DNA of 20,000 nt from an uncultured virus (IMG/VR IMGVR_UViG_2831345111_000005) (Duplodnaviria > Heunggongvirae > Uroviricota > Caudoviricetes), in the IMG/VR virus record IMGVR_UViG_2831345111_000005; one strand, written 5' to 3'. The translations under genes were made by a program, and so were the position numbers. Positions within the stretch are counted from its first letter, which is position 1. Each line of letters starts with the position of its first letter. Positions 5,376 to 14,598 of the stretch are shown here, piece after piece. The notes beneath the pieces were generated by a model. The model saw nothing but the letters and a program-made list of their open reading frames with translations. It was not told where the DNA came from and made no database searches.

Positions 5376-8216
5376 TTAGTCTTTAATCCAAAGCACACCG
5401 GTCGCCGGGCTTACCGCGCAAGGAACACCGTAGGGCATCGTGAGCTTGTTGGCTTCTTCCACCATGACCATTTCGATAATTTCCAGATGTGCTTTGAACT
5501 TGTCTTCGTCCAGGCAGAACACCACTTCGTCATGCACCTGATTGATAGCGCAATCGAAGATATCGGGGTATTCCACGTTAAGGCGGTGCATAATCATGCC
5601 GAGGATGTCGGCGCCTGATGACTGGTCCTGGTAGGACAGTGCAGCATTGAGGCCAAAGGCCACAATCTCACGTTCAGCCAGCGTGCGTGCCATCCACCAG
5701 CCGGTACGAACCGGCTTTTCCTTCGTGCCATCGGGCAGATACACAATCCCGGCTTGCAGACACTCGGTCCAGAGGTGCCACAATTCAACTTCAGGGTAGG
5801 CATCCATCCACAAGTCGCGGATATCGCCGGCCTCATCCAAGGTCCAGTGTTCGTCGTAGCCACGTGCAGCCGCCTCCTGGAAGCCTGCATCGGCCATCCC
5901 ATAGAGTAGGGACAAGTTAGCAATCTTGCCTTGCTGGCGCTTAGGCCCAAGTTCTTTCTTGAGCTTCTTCTCGTAGTTCTTGCGGTCCGAGGGAGTAAGG
6001 CCCTCGAACTCTTTCATGGGGTCGCGGCCTGCGAGCTTCATACCGGTGAAGGTGTGAATATCGATGTCGGCTACGAAAGCGTCGCGAAGGGCGGAATAAT
6101 CAGTTTCACCGCGTGCAACGGCGTACGACATACACTGCGCCAGACGGTAACCTAAGCGAGCTGCCAGCAGCTCATCTTTAACTTCGCCGCGCAGTTTGTA
6201 ATACTTGTTGCGCTGGATGCCGCCATCATCGAGCTGGCGCTTGAGGTTCTCCATCCGCTCATCCAGACGCGTAACTTCCTTCTTGAACCTTGCGGCTTCT
6301 GACTTCAGCGCCGCTTCCGCATCAGGGAGGCCCAGTAATCTTGCAATGGTGGTGATAGCGGCCAGCACATTCTCTGGTGGTTGCGTGCCACCAGGAACCA
6401 CATGCCCACGTGCTGCTGCCAGCATGTCCCGCTGAGCACGTACGCACAATGCAGCCCCCACGCGTACATCCAGTGCCCCAAAGTCGGAGGCAACAATGCG
6501 ATGCGTGAATTGCGCCTCAATGGCCGCGCCAAACTCCTTACGTTCAGCAGATGCTTTATGCGCACCAGCAAAGGAACTGAATTCGGTGGAAACCAGCGCG
6601 CCAACCTTGACCGTCTTACCGGTGGCGGCCGCAAGCACAGCCTGGTTTTCCTCGGTCGCTAAAACAGTAATCTTGTCTGTGGCGTACAGCCCGGCAAGCC
6701 ACGCCGATTCAACGCGAACCACTTCACCAATTGAAACGTCACGGTCGGCGGCTTTAGCAATGAGTGGTTGATTCCAGACCGTCACCAGCACGTCCATGAA
6801 TTCGCAACCGGGCTTCGTGTAGGCCATACACATCGCGCGGAACAACTGGTCCCGCGGCCACTGTTGAACGTTGGGTTCGGACGCTGCCAATCGCCCTGTG
6901 ACCGGACCATGCGAGAGCAGGGCGCGCACACGGCCGTCGGCACTACGTTCGGCGAAGCCGACCACTTCAAGGGCCATGTTCGAGGTTTTCTTTGCTCTGC
7001 AAACGGCCACCCATGCATTGAACAATGGCCTGGACTCTTCAATCTGGATTGCGCGACAAGCCCGGAGGTCCTTTTCCCCGACTTGCGGGGCGCCGGTAGC
7101 CGCGGTACGACGTAAAACGACGCCACGCTTCTCAAAGGCAGCCGCAAGACACTTCTTAAGGTCGTCGTCCAACCCGGCATCCGGGTCAGATAGCGCTTCG
7201 CGATAGGTCTCTAACGTGGGCTCTAGGGCGATGAGCTCACTAACCTTCATGCTGAGCTCGATACGCTTGGTTCTAACGTACTTGTTGCCGACGCTGGTAT
7301 TGAGCGGCATGCCGTGTTCGCGCAACAGCACCAGTTCGGGCACTTGGGGCTCTACCAATCGAACCGTCGCCTTTCGAGCGCGTTGACCTAGATAAGCCTG
7401 ATAGAGGTCGCCTTCGGCATCCAGCCCAAGCAATTCGCATAGGATGCGGTCCGCCCACACCACGTCATCAATGGCGTAATCGTAGTGGCCAAAGCTCAGC
7501 AACCCGGTCCAATTAGTCGGTTTCTGGAAGGATTTATCGACCACCACCCCAAACATCGCCAACACGACGTCCGCCAAGCTGCCGCCAGATGCCCCGGTGA
7601 TAAGGGACTTCCATGCGGCCTGCTCAACTTCGGTAGCGGTAACAATCTCGGTGTTGTGCTTGATGCTCGACACCAGCTCGGCTCGCTTCAGCACCAGCTT
7701 GGGGTTCAAAAGGCGAACCATCAACATGGTGTCGACCACGATGGCCGGCATCACGGTACGGCCTTGCGCCAGTCGCAGCCAATACAAGTCGAAGCCTGCG
7801 TTGTGCGCTATGAAAATGCGGCGGGAAAGGATGCATTGCGCAACTTCCTGTGTGAGCGCAGGCCCCATCTTGTCGCAGTCAAAGGCAAACTCAATACGAG
7901 GACCCTTACGACCGCGCACCGTCGGTACACGCACTTGAATGGTACGCATGCGCACGCGAGAGGAAGCGCCTTGCTTCCAGTTCTGCATATCAATGACGAC
8001 AGGGGAGGATGCGTCGGTGAGCCCGGTGGTTTCAACGTCGACGGAGGCCCATTGAGCTTGGCCAATCAGGTCCAGCGCGGCATAAACCTCATCCTTGTCG
8101 GATAGGAATTCCGGGCGATTGCCCTGGGCGTCGCACACTTCAAACCCGAATCCTAGCTGGTCGGGTAGCGCCAACGGTTTATGTTTTGCTTTTGCTGCCA
8201 ATCTCGTCTCCACCAT
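5376..8216 (-). CDS. polA: family A DNA polymerase with 3'-5' exonuclease, no 5'-3' exonuclease domain
   Basis: Exo I DVETTG, Exo II AHNAGFD, Exo III YAIDD; TGRLAASEPNVQQWPR; motif A DFGALDVR, DIH, motif B RQQGKIANLSLLYG, motif C VHDE. Start uncertain (ATG 8216, or TTG 8201 after GGAG); ATG 8273 lies inside the promoter. Confidence 0.9.
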   Translation of the reverse strand: MVETRLAAKAKHKPLALPDQLGFGFEVCDAQGNRPEFLSDKDEVYAALDLIGQAQWASVDVETTGLTDASSPVVIDMQNWKQGASSRVRMRTIQVRVPTVRGRKGPRIEFAFDCDKMGPALTQEVAQCILSRRIFIAHNAGFDLYWLRLAQGRTVMPAIVVDTMLMVRLLNPKLVLKRAELVSSIKHNTEIVTATEVEQAAWKSLITGASGGSLADVVLAMFGVVVDKSFQKPTNWTGLLSFGHYDYAIDDVVWADRILCELLGLDAEGDLYQAYLGQRARKATVRLVEPQVPELVLLREHGMPLNTSVGNKYVRTKRIELSMKVSELIALEPTLETYREALSDPDAGLDDDLKKCLAAAFEKRGVVLRRTAATGAPQVGEKDLRACRAIQIEESRPLFNAWVAVCRAKKTSNMALEVVGFAERSADGRVRALLSHGPVTGRLAASEPNVQQWPRDQLFRAMCMAYTKPGCEFMDVLVTVWNQPLIAKAADRDVSIGEVVRVESAWLAGLYATDKITVLATEENQAVLAAATGKTVKVGALVSTEFSSFAGAHKASAERKEFGAAIEAQFTHRIVASDFGALDVRVGAALCVRAQRDMLAAARGHVVPGGTQPPENVLAAITTIARLLGLPDAEAALKSEAARFKKEVTRLDERMENLKRQLDDGGIQRNKYYKLRGEVKDELLAARLGYRLAQCMSYAVARGETDYSALRDAFVADIDIHTFTGMKLAGRDPMKEFEGLTPSDRKNYEKKLKKELGPKRQQGKIANLSLLYGMADAGFQEAAARGYDEHWTLDEAGDIRDLWMDAYPEVELWHLWTECLQAGIVYLPDGTKEKPVRTGWWMARTLAEREIVAFGLNAALSYQDQSSGADILGMIMHRLNVEYPDIFDCAINQVHDEVVFCLDEDKFKAHLEIIEMVMVEEANKLTMPYGVPCAVSPATGVLWIKD

Positions 8217-8263
8217 GGGGCTGGGTGCAATGGACTTACTTGAGCACCCATGTATTTCTAAGT

Positions 8264-8292
8264 ATAATACCATTAAATACTATATTTCGCAA
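8264..8292 (-). promoter_or_regulatory. sigma70-type promoter for polA operon
   Basis: Minus strand TTGCGA-17bp-TATTAT with TG extended -10. Confidence 0.6.
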
Positions 8293-8387
8293 GGAGAGAG
8301 TCGGCTCTTGATTCTTATCTGAAGCGAAATCATGTTAACAAATGTTGCTATACGTGACATGGACAATAATTTATCGGAGGCAACAAA

Positions 8388-9506
8388 ATGAGTACGAAAA
8401 CCTATAAGAAGCGGGTCGAGGCCGACAAGGTCCGCGACCAGGCGCACGGCAAATGGCTGGATATCCTGCCGTCGCTGGTGCCGGGATACTTCAATAATGC
8501 GTTACAGAAGATTGGAACGCACGTGACGTGTCCTTTTCATGGGGGTAAGGAAGATTTTCGATTCATTAAGCAAGCCAAGCCAGGTAAGGGAAATACGCGT
8601 GAAGTAGGGGTCGCAATGTGCTCCTGCGGGGTCTATCCTGATGGGTTCGCTGTGTTGATGAAGGCCACTGGCTGGACATTCAATGAAACCCTGATTCGGG
8701 TGGATGAGTGGCTCAACGGGTCCTCCTACCAGGAAACGGTAACGCCAGCTCCTATCAAGGTGTATTCGGATGAAGACGACGAAGAACAGAACAAAAAGAT
8801 TCTGGCCAATCTTCTCAATTTATGGGAAGCGGGCAAGCCGTTGGACATCAAGCAAGTGCCTTATTACCTGGGCCGGGGATTGCATGCTCGCGTGTTGGTG
8901 GATATGCAGGATGAGCGTTTTATTGCGAGTCTGGGCTATTACGAATACGTGAAAAAGAATCCGGCTGACCCAAATAGTGAGGAGATACTGGTTAAAACTG
9001 GTAGCTACCCCGCAATTCTGGCTATGATGCGAGATGCTCAAGGCAACCCGGTGGCGGTTCATCGCACCTGGTTATCCAAGGATAAGAAAGAGAAGGCTCC
9101 GGTCCGCAAGGCCAAGAAGCTCTCCCGCACGATAGGCGCGGCAGGTGCAGCAATGCGCTTGTACGACGCTACCGGCGCAGACACACTTGGATTGGCTGAA
9201 GGCAAGGAAACTGCGCATTCGGTTCGTCAGCTGGCGATGGGGCGGTATTGGCCTGAGCTGGGGAAAATTCCAGTATGGGCAACCTACTCTGAGCGCAACA
9301 TTCGTAACTTTGTGATTCCAGATTCAATGTTGGGTACCCTGCGTAAAATCGTTATCTTCGCGGATAACGACCCAAACGGTACCGGGTTTTCGGCTGCTGC
9401 TGAATTCAAGGAACGTATGGCGCTTGAGCATCCTGAAATCGAAGTCGATATCAAGATGCCTGAGGTTGAAGGCATGGACTGGAACGACGTTCTGGTCAAT
9501 CTGTAA
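8388..9506 (+). CDS. Zn-ribbon + Toprim primase-like protein (P4 alpha N-terminus-like, no helicase domain)
   Basis: CPFHGGKEDFRF...CSCG..PDG zinc-binding domain; VAVHRTWL; Toprim AEGKETA, IFADND, DWNDVL; GGAGG RBS. Confidence 0.85.
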   Translation: MSTKTYKKRVEADKVRDQAHGKWLDILPSLVPGYFNNALQKIGTHVTCPFHGGKEDFRFIKQAKPGKGNTREVGVAMCSCGVYPDGFAVLMKATGWTFNETLIRVDEWLNGSSYQETVTPAPIKVYSDEDDEEQNKKILANLLNLWEAGKPLDIKQVPYYLGRGLHARVLVDMQDERFIASLGYYEYVKKNPADPNSEEILVKTGSYPAILAMMRDAQGNPVAVHRTWLSKDKKEKAPVRKAKKLSRTIGAAGAAMRLYDATGADTLGLAEGKETAHSVRQLAMGRYWPELGKIPVWATYSERNIRNFVIPDSMLGTLRKIVIFADNDPNGTGFSAAAEFKERMALEHPEIEVDIKMPEVEGMDWNDVLVNL

Positions 9507-9514
9507 TACTCACT

Positions 9515-9545
9515 AGCTCCAGCCATCCGGTTGGAGCTTTTTATT
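9515..9545 (+). terminator. intrinsic terminator after primase
   Basis: AGCTCCAGCC-ATCC-GGTTGGAGCT followed by T-tract. Confidence 0.75.
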
Positions 9546-9557
9546 GGTCTACAAAAC

Positions 9558-9587
9558 AAAAAAGCCGAGGAATAATCCCCGGCTTTT
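9558..9587 (-). terminator. intrinsic terminator after traN-like gene
   Basis: Minus strand AAAAGCCGGGGA-TTAT-TCCTCGGCTTTTTT. Confidence 0.7.
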
Positions 9588-9604
9588 ATTTTTTCAGAAA
9601 TTTA

Positions 9605-11542
9605 CTACTTAGCAGCTTCGTATGGAGCGCAAGCGTCATTGACGGTGTAGTTGCACGCCATCGTCCAGGCAGAGACTTGGAAGTACGCCCACATTTCACC
9701 GCCGCCACCCACACCAGTATCGATACGCAGGTAGTTCCGGCCATTCACGAGATAAGGCACGAAGTTGATGTTGGTAGAGGCACGCCAGCTCACGTTACGC
9801 TCCCAGTAAGACTGCCATGAGGTGACTGGGCTGCAGGTAAGGCCGCTCATTTGCCAGGAACACACATTTTGAGTCATCCACTGGCCCCAGGTGTCATAGG
9901 TCGGGTTGTAGGAGCCGCCTCCGTAATCCGCCCACAACCAATGACCATTAATGGACACCGCCATCAGGTCATCGTACCCAACGTAATACATCAGGAATTG
10001 CTTTACCGTCGCCACATCCTGGATGTCAATCGTAAACTCACGATGGTAGTACCCGGTGCTCCAATAGTTGTCACCGATAGCCCCCACTCTGAATTGGACC
10101 GTATAGGGGTCTGGCTGACCAATCACAGAAATACTAGTGTCGCCAGAAGTAACGTTTAGGTCCAGACCACCCTGATTAATGATGGCTTTCTGCTGACACA
10201 ACTGCGGCACGGCCGTTGTCGCGCAAGAATAGGTTGCGGTCGTACGCTGCTCAGTACAGATTTCCGTCGGCTTGGTGCGCGCGGACGTAATGTCATTCAG
10301 CGTGTAGTCCGTCTTGGTGGTGCAATTACGCATCGACAGTGGGACGTCCGAGCTGCAAGTCTGCGTCCAGGTGTTGGTGTTAACCACCTTCTGCACGCAA
10401 ACCTCTGTCGTGCCGCAATCTTGGCCTTCTGCAGCGACCTGGGCGGTCTTGGCCAACGGATGGATGCCGCTCTCATTGCTGTATGTCTGGTCACACACCG
10501 TAATCTTGCCGTCGGTCGCAATGCCGTGGCCAATTTGCTGCAAACATTCGCTGCCGTTCGCACCATACTTGGCTTGATACTGAGGAATCAGCGGATTGGC
10601 TTGCAGCTTCTGAATTGAAGCCCACTGGTTCGTGTGGTCTTGCGGATTCGGCACTGAACCGGCACCAGCGGTCATCATGTCCTTCGTGACCGTGGTCTTG
10701 TGGCGATAGGCAATACGGAAGCCGACCGCAGTCTTGTGCGTGTTGTTGTTGACGAAGCTCTGAACAATCTTAAGCGCCGTCATATTGTCCGAATCCGCCT
10801 TGAAATCAGGCGTAATGCCGCCAGACAGCGAGGGGTAGAACACCATTGCCAGGCCGTTACGTGCTTTTTGGTCCGCCGTCGCATTGCTTGGCATGCTGGC
10901 TTGCCAGCTCACCGTGGTTTCCGTGCTCCAGCCGTTCAAGCTGTTTTCAGGTTCCGAATCACACGCTGCAACACGGCAGACCTTGCCTGCGGGCGGCTTG
11001 TAGTTCGAGGCCGTGGGGTCGCTTGAACAATCAACTGCGTTATCCGGCTGGCTTACCGGCAGGCCGCGGGCAGGGGCCGTGCAAACCTTGAAGGTGATTT
11101 GCGCGTCACCGGTATCCGACACCTGACAATTTGAGACCTTGACCGCTACGCCGGCGATTACCTGGCTACGCGTGTTGCCGCAGGCCACGGCCAGGATACC
11201 CGTCTGCGCCGAGTAGCTGGAGGAGTTACCATCCTTATCGAGGAAGTTGAAGCTCTGAGTGCCCGCGGCCGTCTGGGCTTGAACTTGCAGCCCGTTGTAG
11301 TCCGGCATATCGTTGGCGCCGAACGCGCTGTGGCAGTTCTTGCCATTGGCGTCGCACTCCTCCGCACCCTTACTCATGAAGGATGTGATAGCGCCTACGG
11401 CCTGAGCCTTAGCCACCGCTTGATTGGCGTTCAACGTCGGGTTGGAAATCACCCCGTTGGACACTGGCGGACGGTCGGCAAGGGCTTGTGCTGAAAGCCC
11501 CATCAACGCCAAAGCAACAATTGAAAATCCGAACTTCATCAC
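9605..11542 (-). CDS. traN: TraN-like Cys-rich secreted mating-pair stabilisation protein (N-terminal and tip portion only)
   Basis: Signal peptide; about 21 Cys; T-rich C-x-n-C beta stalk segments; YDDLMAVSINGHWLW resembles TraN tip-domain motif; ends CNYTVNDAC. Confidence 0.6.
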   Translation of the reverse strand: MMKFGFSIVALALMGLSAQALADRPPVSNGVISNPTLNANQAVAKAQAVGAITSFMSKGAEECDANGKNCHSAFGANDMPDYNGLQVQAQTAAGTQSFNFLDKDGNSSSYSAQTGILAVACGNTRSQVIAGVAVKVSNCQVSDTGDAQITFKVCTAPARGLPVSQPDNAVDCSSDPTASNYKPPAGKVCRVAACDSEPENSLNGWSTETTVSWQASMPSNATADQKARNGLAMVFYPSLSGGITPDFKADSDNMTALKIVQSFVNNNTHKTAVGFRIAYRHKTTVTKDMMTAGAGSVPNPQDHTNQWASIQKLQANPLIPQYQAKYGANGSECLQQIGHGIATDGKITVCDQTYSNESGIHPLAKTAQVAAEGQDCGTTEVCVQKVVNTNTWTQTCSSDVPLSMRNCTTKTDYTLNDITSARTKPTEICTEQRTTATYSCATTAVPQLCQQKAIINQGGLDLNVTSGDTSISVIGQPDPYTVQFRVGAIGDNYWSTGYYHREFTIDIQDVATVKQFLMYYVGYDDLMAVSINGHWLWADYGGGSYNPTYDTWGQWMTQNVCSWQMSGLTCSPVTSWQSYWERNVSWRASTNINFVPYLVNGRNYLRIDTGVGGGGEMWAYFQVSAWTMACNYTVNDACAPYEAAK

Positions 11543-11551
11543 TTTCTCCGG

Positions 11552-12103
11552 TTAATCTTTTTTCTGGTTGGCAACCTGGCGCTCGGTTTTTTCCTGCGCC
11601 AAGCGTTCGCAGGTCTTCTGGGTGCTTGAAGGCAGCTTCTCGATAACTTCCAGCCCCTTCTTGGGGTTGACCAGGTCGGTGTCAGCGACTTCCTTCATCA
11701 TGCAATCACAGTAGTTCGCCGACTTAAGGTAGCCCGGGCCAAACAGGGCTTCCATTTCATAGGAAGACATCTTCCAGATGCGCTGACTATCCGATAGATT
11801 CTTAGCGGCGTCCTTCTGAACCTGCGTGTACTTACCCTGGCGGTCCAGCTTCACCATGGTCACAGCCTTGGTGAGCGTTCCCCGTGCGCAAGCTTCGGAG
11901 TAGGTGGCGCGCAAAAAGCGCAGCATGTCCGGCTCATTCAGGTACTTCTGCTGCACAAGCGGGTCCGTGAGCTTGAGATTCTTCAGCATCGGAGGCTCTT
12001 TAGCCGAATCCTGGCCCAGCCCGACAGGTTTGGCAGCATCATCCGCCAGAACAGTGCCAGAAAGCGACGCCAGAAGAAGGGCAGCAAGAAGGTGTTTCAT
12101 CAT
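11552..12103 (-). CDS. secreted hypothetical protein
   Basis: Signal peptide (VLA-DD), 4 Cys including YCDC; TAATG coupling to upstream gene. Confidence 0.8.
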   Translation of the reverse strand: MMKHLLAALLLASLSGTVLADDAAKPVGLGQDSAKEPPMLKNLKLTDPLVQQKYLNEPDMLRFLRATYSEACARGTLTKAVTMVKLDRQGKYTQVQKDAAKNLSDSQRIWKMSSYEMEALFGPGYLKSANYCDCMMKEVADTDLVNPKKGLEVIEKLPSSTQKTCERLAQEKTERQVANQKKD

Positions 12104-12654
12104 TAATCCTGTTTTTGAGTCAAAATGGTTTGCAGCGCGTTCTCGAACAAGTGCCCGACCTGATAAATTGCGGTCTCCATCGTGAGCGCAGAGTCGTACA
12201 AGTCAGGAACATCAAAATTCCAGTCAAACAGCACCTCGCCGGTCGACATTTGCATCTGAATTGGTTGCTGGCCGGGGAAGGTTGAAGAAATACGGGCGCC
12301 CACCTGGCTCTGCATCAGCGCCAGCGTCTTTGGGACGCGAACGCCCACACGCAGGACCTTACCCATCTGCAGAATGGACAGCCGGAATGACCGGCCGCTA
12401 GCCAGGTTCTCGCGAATTGTCAGGTAACCACGGGCAGGATTGGCAATCCAGTCTTCATCCGCAATTTTGCGCGCCGGAGAATCCCACAGCGGGTCGGAAA
12501 GATTCTTGGCGTCGGAACGCTCGTCTGGGCGCAAATGCGCACGAATTGCAAAAAAGAATCCTTCACGAGCTTCAATAATGAAGTTTCGCGCAGATAGATA
12601 GTCTCCGAACTTACGGAGACTTGGGTTGAATGCTTGTTTATCGGTAGCCTGCAT
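12103..12654 (-). CDS. hypothetical protein (183 aa, no signal peptide)
   Basis: Tight operonic spacing on both sides. Confidence 0.8.
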   Translation of the reverse strand: MQATDKQAFNPSLRKFGDYLSARNFIIEAREGFFFAIRAHLRPDERSDAKNLSDPLWDSPARKIADEDWIANPARGYLTIRENLASGRSFRLSILQMGKVLRVGVRVPKTLALMQSQVGARISSTFPGQQPIQMQMSTGEVLFDWNFDVPDLYDSALTMETAIYQVGHLFENALQTILTQKQD

Positions 12655-12656
12655 TG

Positions 12657-13040
12657 TTAGTCCTTGACGGCGAATTGAATGTTGTGGATGTCGTTTGACG
12701 CCAACTTATCCATGACACCGGCAACAGCCGCGAACGTTGCTGCCTTGTCCGCAAACACTTTTGCCGTAGTGGCGCCCCTCATCTTTGCGTATAGCTTCGT
12801 CCAATCGACTACGCGCAGACCGTCGGACCACACCGACCCATCAGAATGAATTTCGAGCGTCACCGAGGTGTCCTGGGTCATGACCGCGCCTGCCGAGGTT
12901 GCCGGCAAATCCACTCCAATCGACTTCGCCATGAACGGCGTGAGCAGCAGTAGCACGGCTACCAGCACCAGCAGCACATCGAGAAGCGGGATAATATTGA
13001 TTTCAGCCGCAGCGCGGCGCTGTTGAGCCTTGGTCATCAC
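12657..13040 (-). CDS. exbD: ExbD/TolR family protein
   Basis: AEINIIPLLDVLLVL TM with conserved Asp; VDLP; ADKAATFAAVAGVMDKL periplasmic motif. Confidence 0.9.
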   Translation of the reverse strand: MMTKAQQRRAAAEINIIPLLDVLLVLVAVLLLLTPFMAKSIGVDLPATSAGAVMTQDTSVTLEIHSDGSVWSDGLRVVDWTKLYAKMRGATTAKVFADKAATFAAVAGVMDKLASNDIHNIQFAVKD

Positions 13041-13442
13041 TTACTCCTGGGTGGACGAAGCGGCTTCTTCCGGGGCCACGGCTACAGGCTCCTCAGGCAA
13101 GACCATCAGAATGACGCGATGAGCAATCAATGCCGGGATAGCACAGCCCAGGCCCCATAAAGTGGCATATAAGGCTTCCCCAATCGGGTGCGCAATTGCG
13201 GCCACATTTAAATTGCCAGAACCAATCCCGGACAATGCCTGGATGATGTGCCATACGGTGCCGAACAGGCCCACATAGGGGGAAGTGGCTGCAATCAAGG
13301 CCAGACCGGCCAACCAGGGGTCAACAATGGCCGGATTGCGCGCCTTGCGTGCCGCTGCAGCAATGAAGCCGCCACCAACTGCCAGTGTCACGGTGAGCCA
13401 GAAAATTGCGTAAAGGGTGTACTGAATGATATTGCCAATCAT
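13041..13442 (-). CDS. exbB: miniature MotA/TolQ/ExbB proton-channel protein (133 aa)
   Basis: SPYVGLFGTV and IGEALYATLWGLGCAIPA helices; GGAG RBS. Confidence 0.85.
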   Translation of the reverse strand: MIGNIIQYTLYAIFWLTVTLAVGGGFIAAAARKARNPAIVDPWLAGLALIAATSPYVGLFGTVWHIIQALSGIGSGNLNVAAIAHPIGEALYATLWGLGCAIPALIAHRVILMVLPEEPVAVAPEEAASSTQE

Positions 13443-13463
13443 ATGAACTCCAGTGTCAGTGAA

Positions 13464-14135
13464 TCAGGGTAGAAATTCGTTAGTGCCATAGTCGATAACC
13501 AGGTCGAGTTGCCACATCTGCTCTTCGCCCGGCGCCTTCATGAGCTTGTCGATGCTGTAGCTGCGGGACATCATGGCCTTCAGGATGAGGGCGTCACGCA
13601 TGGGCTCGGCACCTTGGCGAACAATCCCGCCACGCTTTGCATTGCCATTGGCATCAACATAAATTCGGATGTACACCTGTCGCGGGCCAACGGCGAAGGG
13701 GTCGGGCTGTTCGCCTACGGAAGCATCCTGTGCCATCAGCTTGCCTCCCGGCATGGAGACTTGAGCTGGAGGAATAACTTCATCCGGCTTGGCGGCCTCG
13801 GGTCCTACAGTCGTGTCCTGGGCAGCGGCAACCGCTTTTGGCAAACTGGTCTCACGCTCTGCGGAGACTACTTTGTTCACGCGCTCCTTCGGGGGCTCAG
13901 CCACCACATCAGGCGCGGTTTTGTCGACGTTGGCAGGAGCCTCCTGGGCTGCCTGCTTTGGACCTTGGAGCACTGCAACGGAGAATCGCATGGTGCTCAG
14001 GCTGGGCGGAGCTTGCTCCCCTGTCGACTTGAAGGTGTGCAATAAAGCATAGAGAAGCAGGGATGCAGCCAAGCCGCCCGCCAAGAACGCTCTGGCGCGC
14101 GGGGAAGGGCAATTCAGGTTGAGCTTTCCAAGCAT
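13464..14135 (-). CDS. TonB/TolA-like energy transducer
   Basis: N-terminal TM (ASLLLYALLH), Pro/Ala/Glu-rich linker, C-terminal VYIRIYVDANG...RDALILKAM resembling TonB_C; adjacent to exbB/exbD; ATG 14135 overlaps upstream stop (TGATG). Confidence 0.65.
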   Translation of the reverse strand: MLGKLNLNCPSPRARAFLAGGLAASLLLYALLHTFKSTGEQAPPSLSTMRFSVAVLQGPKQAAQEAPANVDKTAPDVVAEPPKERVNKVVSAERETSLPKAVAAAQDTTVGPEAAKPDEVIPPAQVSMPGGKLMAQDASVGEQPDPFAVGPRQVYIRIYVDANGNAKRGGIVRQGAEPMRDALILKAMMSRSYSIDKLMKAPGEEQMWQLDLVIDYGTNEFLP

Positions 14136-14572
14136 CAAGTCGGATGATTCCATTTCTCGTAAATCCCCCACCAGTGGTGCATCACCTTGCTGGCGTATCT
14201 GAAGCCTGCGTCACGCCGCTGAGGCGTGTTTAGCGAGCCGACGTTGTACCGCGCAATGGCTCGATACCAGTCAGGCTCACGAGCCTTGTAATAAGCCAGC
14301 ACATAGGCGCCTGCAACCGCATTCGCACAAGCATCATGCTGAAGCTTAGAAGATGAGATACCCCACTTTTGGAAGTGCCCAGTCCACGTGTCTGAAATCT
14401 GGAATGGACCGAAGTAGGTCCCCGTGCTTCGGACATACGCCTTACCAACCTCACCACCCTCCTGCTTCAGAATGGATAGCAGCGCAGCTACGGGCACTGA
14501 ATAATGCTGTGCCGCACGCATGACGCAAGTGGTCGGAATTTCAGGGGGGAGTTCAGCAGATACCCAAAACAC
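14135..14572 (-). CDS. lytic transglycosylase (SLT; TrbN/VirB1-like)
   Basis: C..AAQHYSVP..LLSILKQEGG (catalytic Glu), GPFQI, DACAN, AIARYN. Confidence 0.85.
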   Translation of the reverse strand: MFWVSAELPPEIPTTCVMRAAQHYSVPVAALLSILKQEGGEVGKAYVRSTGTYFGPFQISDTWTGHFQKWGISSSKLQHDACANAVAGAYVLAYYKAREPDWYRAIARYNVGSLNTPQRRDAGFRYASKVMHHWWGIYEKWNHPT

Positions 14573-14598
14573 AGCTGTTATCTCATAAATTTAAGGAC

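Noticed and set aside
6100..6825. Inteins in the polymerase insertions
   Set aside because: No C-terminal HN-C/S/T junction or LAGLIDADG blocks
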